A stretch of DNA of 37,591 nucleotides. Origin: Candidatus Nealsonbacteria bacterium (GTDB lineage: Bacteria > Patescibacteriota > Minisyncoccia > Minisyncoccales > JAGMDC01). Each line of letters opens with the position of its first letter. Within the stretch, counting starts at the first letter, position 1. Under the pieces are notes generated by a model. It was not told where the DNA came from. It made no database searches and saw only the letters and a list, made by a program, of their open reading frames with translations. Positions 34,600-37,591 of this stretch are shown piece after piece. The position numbers and the translations under genes were made by a program. Location: NCBI GenBank assembly GCA_030643485.1, contig DAOWLG010000001.1:1-37591 (forward strand), given 5' to 3'.

Positions 34600-34783
34600 T
34601 TTTTAAAATTATTAAAATTTGAGCAGTAAGGGGGGGGGCTATTGCTAGTCCCCCAGTTTCCCCGACCTTAAACAAAAGTAGAAAATCTCAAGGGTCTTTT
34701 TTCCGAGAGGGATAATTCCCTCTCTCCTTATCTTTTGGCCAAAAAAATAAGGTCGCTATCGTCAGAATTGGCGATAGATGAGC
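34600..34783 (-). other. 184-bp GC-enriched structured leader (candidate cis-regulatory RNA or small RNA)
   Basis: Perfect hairpin gagaggga-taat-tccctctc near 34705-34730. Bulged hairpin G5-CTA-TTGC-TAG-T-C5 at 34630-34654. No ORF. Confidence 0.45.
34741..34777 (-). terminator. Hairpin plus T-tract after gene 34784-35062
   Basis: Minus strand AAGTAAGCTCAT-CTATCG-loop-CGATAG-CGACCTTATTTTTTT. Confidence 0.5.
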
Positions 34784-35062
34784 TTACTTTTTTTTAAATA
34801 ATTCTTCTTTTAGTAAATTCAAAACATAATAAAAACATTCTTCTTTTTTTGCTTTATTAGCTAAGTTTCTGACAAAAACAGACAAAACAAAAACAAGTCT
34901 AGATACAATTTGAGCATACTGATCATCCTTAGGTTTTTTACCTTCAAGAGAAGCTTTCTCTTTTGTGATTTTTAAAACCCAGGAAAGATTTTTATTGGAA
35001 TCCATTTTTTTGATATTCTTAATTTTTTCCTTCATAATTTTAAAGTTAAAAAATAAAGTCAA
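34784..35062 (-). CDS. Hypothetical early protein
   Basis: 92-aa ORF. Confidence 0.45.
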   Translation of the reverse strand: MTLFFNFKIMKEKIKNIKKMDSNKNLSWVLKITKEKASLEGKKPKDDQYAQIVSRLVFVLSVFVRNLANKAKKEECFYYVLNLLKEELFKKK

Positions 35063-35087
35063 CCATTTTTAATTATTAAAAACGGTT
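35048..35087 (-). terminator. Hairpin plus T-tract after gene 35107-35478
   Basis: 13-bp arms AACCGTTTTTAAT / ATTAAAAATGGTT, with a G-U pair only in the minus-strand RNA, followed by GACTTTATTTTTTAA. Confidence 0.55.
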
Positions 35088-35106
35088 AGAGCTTACTTTT
35101 TTTCGT

Positions 35107-35478
35107 TCAATATGGAAATGGGATTATTTCAAATTCCAATAAAGTTTTTTCATCAATTTTGACTTTTTCCATTTTTGCTAATTTTAGCGCTTCGTTTCCA
35201 ATTTCTAAAATTTTTTCAATCGTTTTTGTAGTCATCTTTGGCAGATTTGGATCAAGTTGAAGCTCTTCCTTCGTTATTACAGTCTCTTGCCATTCGCCAG
35301 TTTGTACCTGTCGATTTTTTGTCAAAGAAATTAAAAAATTCTCCGTTTTAAGTTCGATCCAAAAAGCATGATAAATAATTTGTGGATCTTCACTTAGCTC
35401 TTTTTTAAGCCAGGCTAAGGTTCCATCGTTAAAATTCTCATCTTTCCAGCTTGTTATTTGCATACTTGTTGTTTTCAT
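35107..35478 (-). CDS. Hypothetical early protein
   Basis: 123-aa ORF. Confidence 0.5.
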   Translation of the reverse strand: MKTTSMQITSWKDENFNDGTLAWLKKELSEDPQIIYHAFWIELKTENFLISLTKNRQVQTGEWQETVITKEELQLDPNLPKMTTKTIEKILEIGNEALKLAKMEKVKIDEKTLLEFEIIPFPY

Positions 35479-35490
35479 AAATTTAATGTT

Positions 35491-35522
35491 AAAAAAATAA
35501 AACAGGAAGGCTCAAGCCCTCC
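35491..35522 (-). terminator. Rho-independent terminator after gene 35536-36069
   Basis: Minus strand GGAGGGC-TTGA-GCCTTCC then TGTTTTATTTTTTT. The single non-Watson-Crick pair is G-U on the minus RNA but A-C on the plus RNA. Confidence 0.65.
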
Positions 35523-35535
35523 ATGTCTTACTTTT

Positions 35536-36069
35536 TTAGTATTTTTCCAAAGGTAATTTGTTTTTCATTCGGTATCTCTCAATTTTATTCCAGTCTTTTT
35601 TCGTTATAATTCTGGCCGTTATAGTAAACCAATTTTTGGGGCCATATTTGATCCATTCGCCTTCTTCTTTAACTTGAATACCTAGTTTGCGTGCGGTCGC
35701 CTGATATTTCAGATTTCCTTTCAGGTCAAAATGGTTTGCTGCCCATTTTTTAGCTTCTTTTTTATCGAGTCTTTTAAATTTTTTTCTTTCTTTTATTTCG
35801 ATTTTAAGTTTTTTAATTTCCTTTTCTTCTTCTTCTTTATTTTCAAAAATATAAAAAGAAAGATTTTTGTTAGTTTTCACTCGTTTCAACCTTATTTGGT
35901 CTGGATTTTCGGGTATCGGATCGGGTATCGGATTGTGTTTGTAAAAAATGGTTAAATCCCATTCTTTGCCAATTTGGTATTTTTTTAAATTGGCATTTTG
36001 CACATAAAAGTTTTTTTTGAGTTTTTGAATTGTTTTCAAACTCAAAAGTGTTGTTTTTGGAATTTTCAT
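35536..36069 (-). CDS. Hypothetical Lys-rich early protein
   Basis: 177-aa ORF. Confidence 0.5.
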   Translation of the reverse strand: MKIPKTTLLSLKTIQKLKKNFYVQNANLKKYQIGKEWDLTIFYKHNPIPDPIPENPDQIRLKRVKTNKNLSFYIFENKEEEEKEIKKLKIEIKERKKFKRLDKKEAKKWAANHFDLKGNLKYQATARKLGIQVKEEGEWIKYGPKNWFTITARIITKKDWNKIERYRMKNKLPLEKY

Positions 36070-36082
36070 GATATTGAAAATT

Positions 36083-36116
36083 AAAAAATAAAGTGAAGAG
36101 GGTCAAAATGATCCCC
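36083..36116 (-). terminator. Hairpin plus T-tract after gene 36131-36466
   Basis: Minus strand GGGGATC-ATTTT-GACCCTC (one mismatch) then TTCACTTTATTTTTTAA. Confidence 0.5.
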
Positions 36117-36130
36117 TTACATTCTATTTT

Positions 36131-36466
36131 TTAAGCAACTTGTTTTTCGGAGAACAAGTAAGCGATAGGAAAAAACTCAATATCCTTTTGGTCTTCTTCT
36201 TTTATTCCTTCTTTTTTTTCTTTAAATTTACGGGGTTTACCCCAGATTGCATTACCTTTTTCTCCTTTTTTTACTTGTTTTCCCTCTTTTTTCCAATTTA
36301 AAAAGGATTTTAAAATTTTAACCTTTAATTCCTTTTTATAAAAATCTATAATAATAGAATTGACGGTTTTTCCCATACAATTTGGATTGACCAACTTAGT
36401 TTTTTTCGCAAACATTGATAGTTTTTGAAGTTTCAGCCGAACAGCTGAATTTTTCGTGTTTTTCAT
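36131..36466 (-). CDS. First sizeable early gene; ArdC-N / DUF1738-like ssDNA-binding domain protein (candidate anti-restriction)
   Basis: 111 aa. LKSFLNWKKEGKQVKKGEKGNAIWG ... FPIAYLFSEKQV resembles the TFxQWxxxGxxVKKGEKG core of the ArdC N-terminal domain. This is a memory-based match. Confidence 0.35.
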   Translation of the reverse strand: MKNTKNSAVRLKLQKLSMFAKKTKLVNPNCMGKTVNSIIIDFYKKELKVKILKSFLNWKKEGKQVKKGEKGNAIWGKPRKFKEKKEGIKEEDQKDIEFFPIAYLFSEKQVA

Positions 36467-36475
36467 GGCATTTTT

Positions 36476-36510
36476 TTAAAAAATAAAGCTCAAACCCTCG
36501 GAAAGGGCTT
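36476..36510 (-). terminator. Hairpin plus T-tract after small ORF 36525-36680
   Basis: Minus strand AAGCCCT-TTCCG-AGGGTTT (G-U pair on the minus RNA only) then GAGCTTTATTTTTTAAAAA. Confidence 0.55.
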
Positions 36511-36524
36511 GTAGTCTTACTTAT

Positions 36525-36680
36525 TTAGATTTTCCATCCGAAAATTTCATCTCCGAATTTTAATTTTTTCCCGTTTTCTAAAACTATTCCTTCCTCGCTT
36601 TTTTTCTTTATTTTTTTCCACCCCCCTTTTTTTAGAATTTTTTGACCAACTTGGACGTTTTTGCCCAATTTACAATTCAT
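36525..36680 (-). CDS. Possible 51-aa basic protein, first ORF after the control region (below the track cut-off)
   Basis: Hand translation MNCKLGKNVQVGQKILKKGGWKKIKKKSEEGIVLENGKKLKFGDEIFGWKI. Confidence 0.35.
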   Translation of the reverse strand: MNCKLGKNVQVGQKILKKGGWKKIKKKSEEGIVLENGKKLKFGDEIFGWKI

Positions 36681-36927
36681 AATAATATTTTTAAAAAATA
36701 AAGCTTCTTGATCTCTTCGATCCCCCCCCTATATAGAAGAAGAAGAAAAGGGGTCAAGCTTGCCATATTTTTTTCTTCTGTGTTTTTAAAGATCTTTTTT
36801 TAAAAAATGGAGGAAATTCAAATTGATGACTCGGTGGTCTATTGTCCCTCTCACTCTTTCTATATATAGTATATAGGAAGAAGAATAAAAAAGCAAGGCC
36901 AATAAACAAGAAATTTAATACTTCCAG

Positions 36928-36956
36928 TTGACAAGTTTTATCAGTGTTGTAGTTTA
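36928..36956 (+). promoter_or_regulatory. Candidate plus-strand promoter facing the early promoter
   Basis: TTGACA (36928-36933), a 16-nt spacer, then TAGTTT (36950-36955). The -10 is weak and no plus-strand gene lies downstream. Confidence 0.2.
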
Positions 36957-36969
36957 ATGACGCACAATA
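36953..36969. promoter_or_regulatory. Left arm of a 17-bp perfect inverted repeat (candidate operator overlapping the early -10)
   Basis: tttaatgacgcacaata is the reverse complement of 37108-37124. Confidence 0.5.
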
Positions 36970-36992
36970 TTAAAACTTATTTTTTCTGTCAA
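36964..36992 (-). promoter_or_regulatory. Candidate sigma70-type early promoter
   Basis: Minus strand TTGACA (36992-36987), a 17-nt spacer, then TATTGT (36969-36964). It points toward the early genes. Confidence 0.35.
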
Positions 36993-37069
36993 GTTCCTTG
37001 TTTTTCTTTTAAATAACCTTAAAAACAAGCGCTAACTTTGAAAGTAAAAATTTACTCCTGTTTTTCGGT

Positions 37070-37105
37070 GGCTTTTATAAGCCAAAAAAGAGACGTCTCT
37101 TTTTT
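37070..37105. terminator. Bidirectional terminator-like element
   Basis: Hairpin ggctt-ttat-aagcc (37070-37083) abuts the 22-nt perfect palindrome aaaaaagagac/gtctctttttt (37084-37105). It lies between the end of the late block (by wrap-around) and the early promoter. Confidence 0.5.
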
Positions 37106-37107
37106 TG

Positions 37108-37124
37108 TATTGTGCGTCATTAAA
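37108..37124. promoter_or_regulatory. Right arm of the 17-bp perfect inverted repeat
   Basis: tattgtgcgtcattaaa; separated from the left arm by 138 bp. Confidence 0.5.
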
Positions 37125-37130
37125 AAAAAA

Positions 37131-37200
37131 CCTCCCCCCTGATTTGTCCCCGTCGGCGCCCTGCCACTAGGCTCCCCCCTCTCTTCCCCTCTCCCCTAGG
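37131..37200 (-). other. Island of about 70 nt, G-rich on the minus strand (G-tract / polypurine element)
   Basis: Minus strand CCTAGGGGAGAGGGGAAGAGAGGGGGGAGCCTAGTGGCAGGGCGCCGACGGGGACAAATCAGGGGGGAGG followed by T9. Six G3-G6 tracts in an otherwise AT-rich genome. Confidence 0.6.
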
Positions 37201-37450
37201 CATATATCTTTGATACAACTTTTTTTTAGAGATTTGAAATTTAAAAAAATTGTATGCCTGAGGGTTTCGGGTTTTCGGGAGTGAAATAGCCCTCCTTATT
37301 GGAATTTTCCAAAATTTTTGAAAAGTGTAAATTCCTAGCCAGGAGACGGCCCCAATCACTTATATTTTCAGCTTTTGATAGTTTTTCTGCCAGAAAACAT
37401 AACTCGACTCATCTTTTTTCTCTTTTTTTAAAGTATCAAAAAATTTTAAA

Positions 37451-37591
37451 AAGGTAAAGCAAAAAAAAAGGGCTGTTTAAACTCGTTTTGAGCTCTTTAA
37501 AAATTAGAAAGGTAGAATTACCTCCACTTTATTTTTCTTTGGCTTATTTCGGTATATGGGATAGCCAAGCCGCTCCGCGGCTTGCGTTCTG
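37451..37591. repeat. Right copy of the 141-bp direct terminal repeat
   Basis: Identical to 1-141; the window ends 3 nt before the M23 gene stop codon would recur. Confidence 0.95.

Noticed and set aside
328-35955. All plus-strand ORFs in the six-frame track (for example 328-534, 1309-1572, 4087-4476, 4981-5430, 5708-6076, 11256-11708, 20883-21125, 21330-21611, 21720-22007, 35731-35955)
   Set aside because: Each lies antisense to a longer minus-strand ORF with recognisable protein features. Their translations are low-complexity Phe/Leu/Ser-rich strings, as expected from reading AT-rich Lys/Glu-rich genes backwards.
6132-36106. Minus-strand ORFs nested in other frames of larger genes (6132-6332, 8157-8339, 17006-17224, 35870-36106)
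   Set aside because: Each is fully or largely contained within a longer ORF that has clear domain motifs or better context. None has features of its own.
36700-36725. tRNA-like T-arm (ctcttcgatcccccccc), together with a general tRNA search of the non-coding regions
   Set aside because: No acceptor, D or anticodon stems can be built around it. No GGTTCGAATCC-type T-loop occurs in any intergenic region. A tRNAscan-SE run would be the definitive check.
37120-37359. 79-aa minus-strand ORF in the control region
   Set aside because: It starts with GTG and has no upstream ATG. Its Arg/Gly-rich C-terminus is the translation of the G-tract island. It sits among inverted repeats and a terminator. I cannot fully exclude it, but it is probably non-coding.

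Overview
The window appears to be one complete, AT-rich genome of a tailed dsDNA phage. Bases 1-141 are repeated exactly at 37451-37591, so the contig closes on itself and the unique length is 37,450 bp. Every credible gene is on the minus strand, and none of the start codons I checked has a Shine-Dalgarno motif upstream. In transcription order (high to low coordinates) the layout is as follows. (1) 36470-37450: a non-coding control region with inverted repeats, a palindromic terminator and an anomalous G-rich island. (2) 36466-26035: an early block of small genes. It holds an ArdC-like first gene, two HTH proteins, two paralogous 22-aa-repeat (HEAT/PBS-like) proteins and several small zinc ribbons. 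It also holds a recombination module of an annealing protein, a Cas4-like exonuclease, NinB and DUF1064. (3) 23830-26022: small and large terminase. (4) 18362-23603: an unexpected insert between terminase and portal. It carries a replisome-organizer-like gene with an internal 99-bp duplication, two proteins with Sec-type signal peptides, a DUF2829/Tad2-like protein and a SAM methyltransferase. (5) 144-18032: portal, repeat-bearing scaffold, HK97-type capsid, tail genes, a 666-aa CHAP-domain virion protein, a 1444-aa giant protein and an M23 peptidase. The most notable observation is a second CHAP hydrolase domain at 32441-32794 that has no start codon. It is reachable only by a -1 shift on an A9 run from an upstream ORF encoding a membrane anchor. 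I found no tRNA, rRNA, CRISPR array, integrase or reverse transcriptase. All functional calls rest on motif recognition by eye, and no database search was run.
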